Part shown: one piece after another, positions 20,001-29,539 of the stretch
How positions within the stretch are numbered: position 1 is the first letter of the stretch
Layout: each line of letters begins with the position of its first letter
Origin: a virus
Taxonomy: Duplodnaviria; Caudoviricetes
IMG/VR virus record: IMGVR_UViG_3300026549_000069
Location: 1 to 64,000 of that record
Direction: 5' to 3' (one strand)
Length of the DNA: 64,000 nucleotides
Made by a program: the position numbers and the translations under genes
The notes under the pieces: model-generated
What the model saw: the letters and a program-made list of their open reading frames with translations, nothing else
Databases searched by the model: none
What the model was told of the DNA's origin: nothing

Positions 20001-22969
20001 GTGTTGACGGTGACACATTGAATATGCGTTCACAGTATGTCGCTTTTTGTTCGGACACTGGCGATACATCTAGGTCATTCGACGGCTTACTTGCAGCTAG
20101 TATTAATGAAATTTTCGCTGACGAAAGGCGCAAGCATTTCAAGCTAAATGCAAGCAACTATTTCCATGTGGATGACGCGCTTTACCATTCTTGCTTTGTC
20201 AAGTTCTTTGCGGCGACAGACAATAGAGCAAAGAACACCTATTACTACACTGACCCTGAAACATTAAAGATTCGTTGGATGCAGGATGACCTTGATACCG
20301 TTATAAAAACGAACAATGTCGGTCAAAACCGCAAGCCATATTATGTAGAAGAACACGACTTGAATGCCGCTGGTGAATACTATTGGCAAGGAGAGGCAAG
20401 CGGTTTCTACAACTTGTTGGAGGAGGCATTTGAGGTTGAAATGACAACCATGATGCGCAGGATGCTGTCAGGTATGGCGGCGATAGGCGGCAGTGTGATT
20501 GGGTTCTTGGAGCAATATCTGTTATACACACAGGACTATTTCCCCGCCATTGCGTACAACGAGCAAGCCAGCAAGGTGTATGAAACATCGGCAATCGCAC
20601 AAGAGGCTGGTGTATACACCAATAGTTCTGCACGGGCAATCAGTCAGTCATGCGGCAGTCAACGATGGTCTGAATATCAATGGCTGGTTGACAGAATTAT
20701 GTACATCAGTTCTTGGTGTGAATATGGAGAATTTGCGGCAAGTTCAAGTGCGCCCAATGCGCTTGGCTGGCGTGCAAGCGGCAAGGCTACTGGCACAAAC
20801 TACAACTTTGTTCTTACGCCTGCTAAATGGCTTTATCCTAGAGTTGGCTTTGGTGAATCAAATGTCGCACCTACAGCCATCGTTGCTGGCAAAGAAAGCC
20901 GTGTGCGTGTGCCTGCTGGACAGACATTTGCATTCCCTACTATTTCTCTTGACACCGACTCTACTTTGTCAATCAAGGGCATTAATTACTATCTTGATAT
21001 TGGCGACATGAACGTTGGTTTGTCAAGTTCACAGGGAACGTTTACTTTCGCTGGTCGAAAGTTGCAGCAAATCAATGTGAATCCTACTGGCGCAAACGAC
21101 AATGAATTTCTTGCAACAAACATCATCATAAGCAATGCCACAAATATCAAGACAATTAAAATCCGTGGTGTGAACACTTTGGCTGGTGCTATTGACCTGT
21201 CAAGATGTTCTAGACTTGAATCCATTGATTTGCGTGGAACTACCGCTACTGGTGTAAGTTTTCCAGCAAGCAATGCACTCACTGATGCCCTTATGCCAGC
21301 GACATTGACCACAATAAGCATAACGCAACAGCCCAACCTTTCTAACTTTTCCATCGAATCGTCTACAACTAGTGCAAGTGGTACGACATATATTGGTGGT
21401 GAATTGCTTACACGAATCACTGTGCTTGACAACACTGTGCTTGACACCTATAATAATATTGTTGGTTTTGCTATAAACGCAAACGCCAATCTGCAAATTG
21501 TCAATATTAACAATATTGATTGGGCATTGACTAATACTACAATACTGGAAATGCTTGCCGACATTGATAGCACATTGAAAGGTGTTATAGACATCGCAGG
21601 AACAAACAAGGTCACATTTGCAGCCAAGCGGAAATTCTACGAAAAGTGGGGCGAAATTGATGATTCTGCAAATGATTTGTATATTACATACGCAAAAGTA
21701 GCTTTAAGCGATTTTGAAATATCTGGCAATGACTATCTTGGTGAAGCACCAAAAGATTATATTATGGATGCCTATCCGACAAATCAGTATGCCAATAATT
21801 TCAAAAACATTAAGTGGTCACTTTCCGCAAATCTATATGCTACTGTCGATGAAAATACTGGTGTTGTCCATGTGACATCGCTTGGAACTGAAGAACTCGC
21901 ACCTACTGCAACTTTGACTTGCACAATCACTTTGTTGGATAACAGTACAATCACAAAGTCAAAGCCAATAGGATTCTATCTGCGTTCTGCGCATCTTGGT
22001 GACTATGTGTATTATGACGGTACCTATAGTGATATTTATGACAGGAGAAAAACAGTGGTAGGTATTTGTTTTTATATTGATAATGAATTTCCAGAATGCA
22101 GAATGATGTTGCACCCTGTACCAATTACTGCAATTGTTGGTAGATGGGGGCTAGATAATACTAATGATGGTATTCAAAACATAGCACTTGCTGACAATCC
22201 AACGTACGATGTGTATAATACTCCACTGATAGATTATGGAACAAGTACGTTTTACATAAATAATAGCACAATGAGAAATCAAGATAATACTGATTTTAAA
22301 GACATTCCAATAACTCAAAATGGAGGTGACATTGGTGTTGTAACACTTGAACAAGATTTAATGGGCAAAAGGGCTGGCGAACAAATATTTTGGGGGCAAT
22401 ACAACACTCTTTTGATAATCAAACATCGTAATACAATATTAAATGATAGCGCAATAAATCTTCCCATTCCAAGTGAAATTAAAAATGAACAAGGGAGAAT
22501 TGTTAAAACTGAAGTTGATGATTTGATTGATAAAATGGCAGCCATTGCTAGCGAAAACGAGTCAAAATATGAGGCTTTTTACTATCCATTAGTATCCTAT
22601 GCTTATGCTTTTGAACCAAATGTTTCTTCCAAAGAAACGTTAAATGATAAGTTTAAACGGCATAATTGGTGGATGTTATCACAAGGAGAAATGGCACGAT
22701 TTATATGGTACTATTGTCAAGGATTCGACATCTCAACGAATGAAAATGCAATTTTTGCAGAAGCAAGAAGAACAGGTGTTTTTCCCGTTGTTAACACTCA
22801 AACGCAATATGCCACATCAAGTGAATCCAATCAGAATAATTTCAAGTTATGTAAATATCAAGCAAGATGGTCTAGCGACAATAATAATTTGAATATTAGC
22901 GGTATGGTGAATAAAATTTCAATGAGTAATATGTACCCATCAAGACAATTTGTCGCATGTTCGTTTTAA
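17036..22969 (+). CDS. 1977-aa multidomain adhesin/tail fibre: LamG-like, CotH-kinase-like, LRR, Ig-like and lectin-like C-terminus
   Basis: LamG-like RIFLNG...LDIFGVRSYRKALS; CotH-like ATDNRAKNTY...WMQDDLDT; LRR-like IDLSRCSRLESIDLRGT; Ig-like IKWSLSANLYATVDENTGVV. Assignments are by motif recognition only. Confidence 0.6.
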   Translation: MTNINDLLNKIENEGKTPSGRVSAEEFNRLVTAVGENQGAVHKVTIDNVEFTPDDDGNVTLVIDQGDITYSLVLEFQSAPQVLQRSTDVSVNVRVKSSYKREGITTPLSEVARVVIKTRTSIDGAWVNATTVAIGTNSESYTTIPLKNYLNIGTNYVQFQAISDNTRDVVNEFELNVVNLSLSPNNAFERPFTDTLTLNYLISGSYPKQMQFQFGSGNGSYFTPVFSYLTDNRLIVNLDSSSYMESGRDFQFTDADILETMLAEGVHTVKARLYISEDVNTDWVETQYVVAGQIPYVSLNNISPNLTNWTDVHFFNWATTQNIAVVFRLTNEEDTLTYATWNFDAAAETSYDFSTQLGIELQDASVTQFYGIMHIEDINGNALADNVVFNIANSAAFVPTSGADFIITPANRNNSETNPARVINNATGSVVSATFTNFGFLTDGWMPVNKDVNAISSNAETIRALHIPSGRKLDIDYNPFVDFTSGNNTGLNMTLEFDYRTSNILDENDPIIRIGTTANDGNVWGFEMLPTKAYMLTENERNVADQDVDWAEDTRMHLAVNVIYGLRNAAYDERINLIRIFLNGVIEREFTYNSDDRFTAASGVHIVFGNNTSDLDIFGVRSYRKALSVDDVMRDYRSSLSTSNEKIAFLEANDITEGGAIDFVKCQGKYNIIGFTGPTLPQYINGNNETVHGDLYINIVGDPDHSGTLTNLDVKGQGTTAMTYFFWNQQYKITDTTQHLDLQGNTRSGMLGKGYAIKDGEALAKKLVGKINFASSMQSHKLGLTWIYTDLFKQVISNDNLPSQIKRQSNARLAVYEKPFLFFWRTSENSPWVFKNLMTFGAGKGDKPTFGFSSSATPDMMMVEGADNDRPLALFAMPWNDDVVYNTSSEAWMYNNQKQLNFGFGSTTKVNGEEVPSSENAINAMKAFFNFVYTHHSGINYFNGTFSELKRSTSVSRSKLYWVTQAENGSNIYDLYRYDALAATWVNAGVDGDTLNMRSQYVAFCSDTGDTSRSFDGLLAASINEIFADERRKHFKLNASNYFHVDDALYHSCFVKFFAATDNRAKNTYYYTDPETLKIRWMQDDLDTVIKTNNVGQNRKPYYVEEHDLNAAGEYYWQGEASGFYNLLEEAFEVEMTTMMRRMLSGMAAIGGSVIGFLEQYLLYTQDYFPAIAYNEQASKVYETSAIAQEAGVYTNSSARAISQSCGSQRWSEYQWLVDRIMYISSWCEYGEFAASSSAPNALGWRASGKATGTNYNFVLTPAKWLYPRVGFGESNVAPTAIVAGKESRVRVPAGQTFAFPTISLDTDSTLSIKGINYYLDIGDMNVGLSSSQGTFTFAGRKLQQINVNPTGANDNEFLATNIIISNATNIKTIKIRGVNTLAGAIDLSRCSRLESIDLRGTTATGVSFPASNALTDALMPATLTTISITQQPNLSNFSIESSTTSASGTTYIGGELLTRITVLDNTVLDTYNNIVGFAINANANLQIVNINNIDWALTNTTILEMLADIDSTLKGVIDIAGTNKVTFAAKRKFYEKWGEIDDSANDLYITYAKVALSDFEISGNDYLGEAPKDYIMDAYPTNQYANNFKNIKWSLSANLYATVDENTGVVHVTSLGTEELAPTATLTCTITLLDNSTITKSKPIGFYLRSAHLGDYVYYDGTYSDIYDRRKTVVGICFYIDNEFPECRMMLHPVPITAIVGRWGLDNTNDGIQNIALADNPTYDVYNTPLIDYGTSTFYINNSTMRNQDNTDFKDIPITQNGGDIGVVTLEQDLMGKRAGEQIFWGQYNTLLIIKHRNTILNDSAINLPIPSEIKNEQGRIVKTEVDDLIDKMAAIASENESKYEAFYYPLVSYAYAFEPNVSSKETLNDKFKRHNWWMLSQGEMARFIWYYCQGFDISTNENAIFAEARRTGVFPVVNTQTQYATSSESNQNNFKLCKYQARWSSDNNNLNISGMVNKISMSNMYPSRQFVACSF

Positions 22970-22986
22970 AATAAAACTATAAAACT

Positions 22987-23364
22987 ATGGAAGAAAAATT
23001 AATAGACTATATGTCGCCAGACAAGGTGACAAAAAAACGCCATCTTGGTCAACCAATCTATATCATCAACTTTGACATAGAAGAAGTTATTGTTGATGAA
23101 GTAACGCAATATGCATACTACACTGTAGAATTGCCGCCTGCTGTGTGGGATTATGGCGTTATTGTAGACAAGATTATTACAACATATTATCCGAATGATA
23201 AGATGTGGGCAATCTTGAACAACTATATGCTAGACCAAAGCGACGAACAGAATCTGCAAGAATACAATGCCATGCAAGAAAGGCGTGCTTGGGCAAAGCA
23301 GACAGCCAAAGACTTGATGGCTTATGCGGAGGAAAACGGAATCATTGAGCATTCCGAAGAATAA
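22987..23364 (+). CDS. Hypothetical protein, possibly a tail fibre assembly factor
   Basis: 125 aa acidic ORF directly after the fibre gene. Confidence 0.4.
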   Translation: MEEKLIDYMSPDKVTKKRHLGQPIYIINFDIEEVIVDEVTQYAYYTVELPPAVWDYGVIVDKIITTYYPNDKMWAILNNYMLDQSDEQNLQEYNAMQERRAWAKQTAKDLMAYAEENGIIEHSEE

Positions 23365-23401
23365 TAAATCTATTGTTTAACTTTTTAAATTAACTAAAAT
23401 T

Positions 23402-23922
23402 ATGAGAGAGTATTTTTGGAATTGCGTGATTAGCTTTGCAGCCTGTTTTCTGCTGGCATGTTTGACATTCCTTATTGGTCGTGATGGTGGTGCTGTTGCA
23501 TCTGCGGTATGCGCTGGTGCTATCTATGGCATCATCATGTCGTTGTCCTACTGCTTTGGGAATTTCTTTAGTGATGACAACAAATTTAACAAGACTTGTC
23601 TGTTGGTGATGCTAATTAGCGGTGTTGTCGGCGGCGTTCTTGGTGGATTCCTTATCAATGTAGGATGATTCGTACCGACAAAGTACAACACTTTGCTATT
23701 TGTGCTATAGCGGCGATGTGCATGATGATTCTTATGCGAATCATTTGCACATTGCCCGCTGTGGCATTTGTTTCGGCCGCCATGTCATCAATAGCACTTG
23801 GTGTTGGGAAAGAATATGGTGACCACTGTAATCCTTATAGCAATTGGGATTGGTATGATTTGCTGGCAGACACAATCGGAGCATTGGTTGGTTCTGCCAT
23901 TGGGTTGGTTCTTTGGGCTTAA
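23402..23922 (+). CDS. Two small membrane proteins (23402..23668, 23665..23922); holin candidates
   Basis: Each has 2-3 hydrophobic segments and lies just upstream of the endolysin. The second has a VanZ-like DK..HF...KE..D...D..AD pattern. Confidence 0.55.
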
Positions 23923-23933
23923 TTTACATTGCT

Positions 23934-24401
23934 ATGAAATACTTTACAATATATGAATTGACAAAATCAAGCACGGCAGAAAGGCTGAATATAAACAACA
24001 CGCCAAATTCATCAATCCGTGCTAATTTAATCGCTTTGATTGAAAAGGTGCTAGACCCATTGCGTGAAAAGTGGGGTATGCCGATTATTGTGACTAGCGG
24101 CTATCGCTGCGATGCGCTTAATCGTGCTGTTGGCGGAGCGACAAATAGCCAACATAGAAATGGCGAGGCAGCGGACATAAGAACCGTAAGCGATTCAAGG
24201 GAGGATAATATGAAACTCTTGAAATGCCTATTGCGTTCAGGTATCATCTTTGACCAAGTGATTTGTGAATATCCAGATGCGCAAGGTCGCCCAGATTGGA
24301 TTCATGTTTCATTCAAGCGCAATGGTATGAACAGGAAAAGCAAGATAACTGCAAACAGGATTGGCGGGAAAACTTATTACACCAATGGAATCGTTGTCTA
24401 G
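23934..24401 (+). CDS. Endolysin, Zn peptidase M15 family
   Basis: TSGYRC..LNRAVGGA.NSQH..GEAADI and WIHVS motifs. Confidence 0.9.
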   Translation: MKYFTIYELTKSSTAERLNINNTPNSSIRANLIALIEKVLDPLREKWGMPIIVTSGYRCDALNRAVGGATNSQHRNGEAADIRTVSDSREDNMKLLKCLLRSGIIFDQVICEYPDAQGRPDWIHVSFKRNGMNRKSKITANRIGGKTYYTNGIVV

Positions 24402-24834
24402 ATTTACCATAGTCGCATTTATCGTCATTGCGTTGCTGGGTTGCAAAACAAGACGCATTGTACAAGAAGTGCCGATAGAAATCCACGACACAACATATAG
24501 GTCAATCATACAAACAAGGATTGATACATTGTGGAAGATGGACTCTATTAGCATTATTGATACGATGTGGATTGATACCAGCACAATAGCAACACTAGGA
24601 ATGCCAGTATTGCGCCATAATCGCACCACAAGCGCACTTTCAAACCAAGGTAAGGTAAGTAATACAAATAGGGTAGACACGTTCTTACAAGTCAAGGAAA
24701 TCCCTAAAATTATAAAACAAAAAGAATATATAGAAGTTGAAAAGCCCTTATATTGGTGGCAAAAGGCATTGATGTGGATTGGCGGCATTTCTTTGGTCAT
24801 TTTGTTCGCTATTTTTATCTATAAATTGAAATAA
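24385..24834 (+). CDS. Unimolecular spanin-like lipoprotein
   Basis: Signal peptide with lipobox LLGC, beta-rich middle and C-terminal TM (WWQKALMWIGGISLVILFAIFIYKLK); overlaps the endolysin stop. Confidence 0.7.
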   Translation: MESLSRFTIVAFIVIALLGCKTRRIVQEVPIEIHDTTYRSIIQTRIDTLWKMDSISIIDTMWIDTSTIATLGMPVLRHNRTTSALSNQGKVSNTNRVDTFLQVKEIPKIIKQKEYIEVEKPLYWWQKALMWIGGISLVILFAIFIYKLK

Positions 24835-24903
24835 TAATATTACTTTTGCATACACGTTCACTCTTAACAGAAAGGGGGTAAGATTTTTTTCATGACACAT
24901 TAG

Positions 24904-24938
24904 TGCCACTTGTTCGGGAGAATAGGTGGCATTTATTA
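24904..24938 (+). terminator. Hairpin after the lysis cassette
   Basis: 12-bp stem TGCCACTTGTTC/GAATAGGTGGCA with a GGGA loop and a weak T tail. Confidence 0.55.
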
Positions 24939-25090
24939 TATACTTTGCAAGCATATTGGAAAGCAAATGGACTTGAAAAGGTACATTGTTTAAGTAGGTT
25001 TTAGGGGTAGTAAATTTGTCAAGCAATAAGTTGCAACGTATTGCGAAACTAATAAACTTATTTTGTTAAACTCTTAATCTACTTAAAATT

Positions 25091-26023
25091 ATGGCAGAAA
25101 TTTATCAATTGCCCGATAATGGTGGAAACAACAACGGAGTAAGCGGTATTCCGTTCTCTATCCCCATTGGCGGATTTGGCGGTAACGGCCTATTTGGTGG
25201 TAATGGTAATGGCTTTAACAGCATTGCTGACTTGTTTGGCCTTGCAATCATTGCATCTATGTTTGGATGGGGTGGCAATGGCTTTGGTGGAAACTGGGGC
25301 GGTGGCAATGGTGCTGCTGGATTCCTTGCCAATCAGATGAACAACGATAGCGGTCGTGAACTTATCATGAATGCTATCACGAACCAAGGCGAAGCATCAC
25401 GCACGGCCATCCAGACTTTGAGTACGATGCTTGGTCAGGACTTTAACCTTGTCAATGCTGGCATTCAGAGCGCACAGAACACGCTGAACCAGATTGCAAA
25501 CAATCAAGGCATGTCTACCTTGCAGATGATTAATGCCGTACAGGCTGGTGATGCTAACGTAATTAGCACATTGCAGAGTTGCTGCTGTCAGACACAGAAA
25601 CAGATTATGGAACAAGGTTACCAGTCACAGATTGCAACCCTCAACCAGACCAACCAACTTGGCTCACAAGCAGACCGCAACACCAACTCTTTGCTGAATG
25701 CTATCAACGCACAGACCGTTGCTATGAACGACCAGTTCTGCGCAGCCCGTGAACGTGATATGCAGGCCAAGATTGACACGCAGGCCGACATCATTACCCA
25801 ACTCCGAGGTCAGATTGACAACGCCAATCAAACCGCTCAGATTACGGGTTATGTTAATTCCCTGATTGCTCCATTGCAGGCAAAGGTTACGGAGATTGCC
25901 GATAAGCAACTTCCGACTGTACCAGTTCAATGGCCACAGATTCAGGCTGTGAATACCACACCTTACTTGGGTGGTTTCAATGGCTTCTACGGCAACGGTT
26001 TCGGTGGCAACGTAGTATTTTAA
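25091..26023 (+). CDS. Gly-rich hydrophobic N-terminus / Gln-rich helical protein with a CCCQ motif, function unknown
   Basis: Composition seen directly in the translation; first gene of the 25-28 kb module. Confidence 0.75.
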   Translation: MAEIYQLPDNGGNNNGVSGIPFSIPIGGFGGNGLFGGNGNGFNSIADLFGLAIIASMFGWGGNGFGGNWGGGNGAAGFLANQMNNDSGRELIMNAITNQGEASRTAIQTLSTMLGQDFNLVNAGIQSAQNTLNQIANNQGMSTLQMINAVQAGDANVISTLQSCCCQTQKQIMEQGYQSQIATLNQTNQLGSQADRNTNSLLNAINAQTVAMNDQFCAARERDMQAKIDTQADIITQLRGQIDNANQTAQITGYVNSLIAPLQAKVTEIADKQLPTVPVQWPQIQAVNTTPYLGGFNGFYGNGFGGNVVF

Positions 26024-26048
26024 TAATTAGCGGATAGGAGGTAAAAGT

Positions 26049-27199
26049 ATGAATTGTTGTTCATGTAATGTCACAACGAATGCAGGTGGTGTTCCGTATA
26101 TTAGTAATACAAATGTGACCGTTGGAACAGATGCAGTTGATATTGCACTTGGTTTTAGACGCATTCAACCAATAGGCTATTTTACTGTTAGGATGGCAAA
26201 TGCGATACCTGCCGATGCAACGACAACATTGCCAGTAACATTAACAATGAATGGTACTACAAGAGCACTCACATTGCCAAATGGAACTGCTGCAACCGTT
26301 GCAGACTTGGCGGACACAAATGTATTCTTGGTGTTCAATGACCGTTTTAATGGCATTCTTGCATTGATGTCTAGAACCATTGTGTAAATCAACTAACAAA
26401 GTAAATCATCATTTAAAAATAAACAACTATGGATTTTAATAGTCTTGGTAACGGCAATCCGTTTTATGTATTGCGAAAAGGCGAAAAGCCAATTCTGGAA
26501 ATTGGCGTTGTGAAATCAAAAACACAACCAAGGGCAGAATTTCCTACGCAGACACCAAACATAATGGTTGGTGTGCAAATGCAGCAAGTGATAGATATTG
26601 TCGCAACCATCAATGGTCGTGACGAAACATTCACAAACCTGCCTGTGAATATTGAGATTGCCGCTAGGGGCAATAATACGTTTAGTGGAAGCAGGGAGGC
26701 AATGTTGCAAGCTGTTGATGCGATGTTGCAAACATCAAAGAAAGCGATTGAGCAAATTCCATATCACAAGTCGGTGATTGCTGAAAGCGAAAAGATGCTT
26801 GAAACACTAAATCCGCGATATGCAGAGGAAAAGAAACAAGCTAGAACCATTAAAGCATTAGAAGAAAGACAGAGTGCTACAGATGCGAAATTGGACAGCA
26901 TTCTTTCTATCTTGCAAAAACTTGATTCGCCGACACCAAGTTCTATTTAATAATCCACTAAAAAAACAACTACAACTATGGGATGGATTTTTGTTGACAA
27001 AGACAGCGAACAAAGTCAGATGCGCCAGCAAATGCGTCGCAATATGCGTGGTGGCGGTAGCTATCGTGACGGTGGCAATTATCGTGATGAATACGAGCGT
27101 GGCTATCGTCAGGGCTATAAGCACGGCTGGGAGGACTACGAAATGGACGATGAGGAGAACTATCGTCGCCAGCGTGACAGCCGTGGGCGTTTTGTGTAA
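26049..27199 (+). CDS. Three hypothetical proteins (26049..26387, 26429..26950, 26978..27199; the last is R/G/Y-rich)
   Basis: Co-oriented ORFs with A-rich start regions, followed by a terminator. Confidence 0.7.
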
Positions 27200-27220
27200 T
27201 TAGATTTTGTTGTTTCCAAG

Positions 27221-27254
27221 GTTGGGTGGTTCTTTGTAATCACCCAACATTTTT
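27221..27254 (+). terminator. Intrinsic terminator
   Basis: GTTGGGTGGTT/AATCACCCAAC stem followed by ATTTTT. Confidence 0.7.
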
Positions 27255-27270
27255 AAATTAAATCAAAGAT

Positions 27271-28059
27271 ATGAAATACTATATTTCCGAAGGTGAAGCG
27301 ATGTATATGGACGAGAATCACGGCTTATTCAGCAAACGATTGGCAGAATGGGCTATCAGTAATATGGAAATGAAAGACCCGTCCACACACGAAATGAAAT
27401 CGATTAAAGCACCGACAATCGAAGAAACAAAGGACTTGCTAGAGAAAAACAAGATAGAATTGCCGCAAGAGTTCTTATACACTGCATGGTATTTATACGC
27501 AATGGCAATGGCTGACTATCCAAAGACACTGAAAACAGAAGAACAAAAGGCAACGTTCATAGAGGAAACGCTTTGTGACCCTGACGGTATGCCTGAAAAT
27601 GTTCTTGCTTGTTTTGTGGCCAAAATGTGTAATGCAGAAATTCCTATCTTTTGGGAAAAATATCTATAGCCTATGACAACGAAATACATCGACGTTGGTG
27701 ATGGCAAGTGGGGAATTTTGCTATGCTACGACTATTATCTGTTGGATTATGATGATATGTGGGCGATAATGCGTGCATTCGGAATGTCAAACCAAAAGTC
27801 AAACGAGGCACTAAAAGTTTTAGGCGGCTTGAATAGCGGTATGACAATTTCCAACGATTCGATTAGGATGTCTGCCGTGTTCATAAGTGACACAACAAGC
27901 GAAAGCGAATGGTGGAACACCTTGAATCACGAATTATTGCACGTTGTCACAGCGATAATAGATTATTATGGCGAACCATATTATGGCGAACCAGCTGCGT
28001 ATCTGCAAGGACACTTGATGAAAAAGATTGTTGAAAAAGTTGGTTCGCCTTGCAAATAA
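27271..28059 (+). CDS. Two hypothetical proteins (27271..27669; 27673..28059 with HELLH, a possible zincin HExxH motif)
   Basis: NTLNHELLHVV motif seen in the second ORF. Confidence 0.6.
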
Positions 28060-28115
28060 GGCATTTTAAGCGACTTTTATTCACTGAATGTGCAATTACT
28101 CACCTTGACAAAGAA

Positions 28116-28152
28116 ATAGCCGTACAAAGCAAAAGAAATGCTTATACGGCTA
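28116..28152. terminator. Hairpin between convergent transcription units
   Basis: ATAGCCGTA...TACGGCTAT inverted repeat between stops at 28059 (+) and 28181 (-). Confidence 0.55.
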
Positions 28153-28180
28153 TCCTACAACAATAGCAACAGTAACAATC

Positions 28181-28804
28181 TTAAAGTTTACTTATTTCAG
28201 GGTAGAATCTATCATCATCGTCAGACCAAATATATTTCTGCCCACAATGTTCGCAAATGCATGATAAGCCCTTGTATGCACTGATTTCGTGATTGCAATT
28301 ATTACACATTGCATTATATGGTTCATGCACTTGTATGAAATGTCGCTGGAAATCCGTAGAACTTGCATCATCTGGCAAATACGGTTGGTACATACGCAAA
28401 AGGTCAACAAGTTCTTTAACCGATGCGCCTGATGGGTCATCAATTCGGTCACGCAAGAATGACGCAAGCACCTTTTTGACATCACTGCTTGTAAGTTCTA
28501 TGTCATCCAAATGCAATGCTGCATCTTGTATCGCTTTTTTGTTCCTGTATTCAAGCTCTTCTTTCAGTTTGACAATGTGTTGTTGTTGCAATAATGATGA
28601 TGACAACTTTGCACAGTTGTTGAAAAAATCCTTTTCGCTTTCCGTATCTTTAACCCTTTGGTATTCGTCTTGGGAAAAAGATAAGGCATAGGCTATAGTC
28701 GGTCGTTCGCCTATTACAACAAGTAATGTAAAGACATATTCTTGTTGGGTGAAAAACACACCACGGGCATTGAGTGTGGACTCTATATCTCGGAATTGCA
28801 TCAT
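28181..28804 (-). CDS. Helical protein with C-terminal Zn ribbon (CxxC...CxxC)
   Basis: MCNNCNHEI...CICEHCGQKY. Confidence 0.6.
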   Translation of the reverse strand: MMQFRDIESTLNARGVFFTQQEYVFTLLVVIGERPTIAYALSFSQDEYQRVKDTESEKDFFNNCAKLSSSLLQQQHIVKLKEELEYRNKKAIQDAALHLDDIELTSSDVKKVLASFLRDRIDDPSGASVKELVDLLRMYQPYLPDDASSTDFQRHFIQVHEPYNAMCNNCNHEISAYKGLSCICEHCGQKYIWSDDDDRFYPEISKL

Positions 28805-29328
28805 AGGTTCTTTCGTCTTGCGTATTCACACAACAATGTTGCGTCAACCTTGTTATCGTCAATATTCTTTGCCCTTTCGCTTTTTCTGAAATCCATAGTA
28901 GGGAATAGCCGCTTGGCACAATTTATTGATGTCTGTTTCGTGTTCACCTCTTTCTTGCTTACTTGTTTCCCTTTTATTGTCACAGTTTTGTATGTGACAA
29001 CCATATCGCTATTTCCCCACATTTCTTTCTGCCATTCTTTGGGTGCTACAAGTGTATAGGGAATCTTGTTGGCGGCAAGTAAGCCAATTAAATATCCTTT
29101 GTTAAAACCAAACTGGAATGTTGACTTTGCGCTACTTCCATATATCGCGTGGACATCTTCTATAGCACAAGAAATCCTATTGTTGTTTGCCCGTATGTTG
29201 GAGAATAATTTGCTTAATTGATATAAGTCGCAATCTGCAATGCTAACATGCGACCATTCGCCGTCAATTTGTATGGCAACATATCCTTTTGCACCGACAT
29301 CTATTCCTATATAGCATTTATCATTCAT
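28801..29328 (-). CDS. RuvC-like Holliday junction resolvase
   Basis: YIGIDVG, CAIEDVH, FxFGFNKG, APKEWQK and VDATLL motifs. Confidence 0.85.
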   Translation of the reverse strand: MNDKCYIGIDVGAKGYVAIQIDGEWSHVSIADCDLYQLSKLFSNIRANNNRISCAIEDVHAIYGSSAKSTFQFGFNKGYLIGLLAANKIPYTLVAPKEWQKEMWGNSDMVVTYKTVTIKGKQVSKKEVNTKQTSINCAKRLFPTMDFRKSERAKNIDDNKVDATLLCEYARRKNL

Positions 29329-29539
29329 AGTCCTTGCAATGTTTCGTCAATATCTTTTAACCTTTCCGTAATCGCATTGTTTACGCTTGCCACGATTGAA
29401 ATGTCCGTCAGCTTATATTTCATATTGGTGTTTGGGTTATAGACTTGCAATTCGCACCCGCTAGACAAGCAATGAAAAGCATGACGTAATATTTTCCTTT
29501 CCTCGCCCAATTCCATCACCTTGTCAATATTTGATACAT

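Noticed and set aside
22790-22969. Complete diversity-generating retroelement
   Set aside because: No reverse transcriptase ORF and no template repeat seen in the window.
26990-27190. Tandem CTATCGT repeats
   Set aside because: Explained by the repetitive Y-R peptide they encode.
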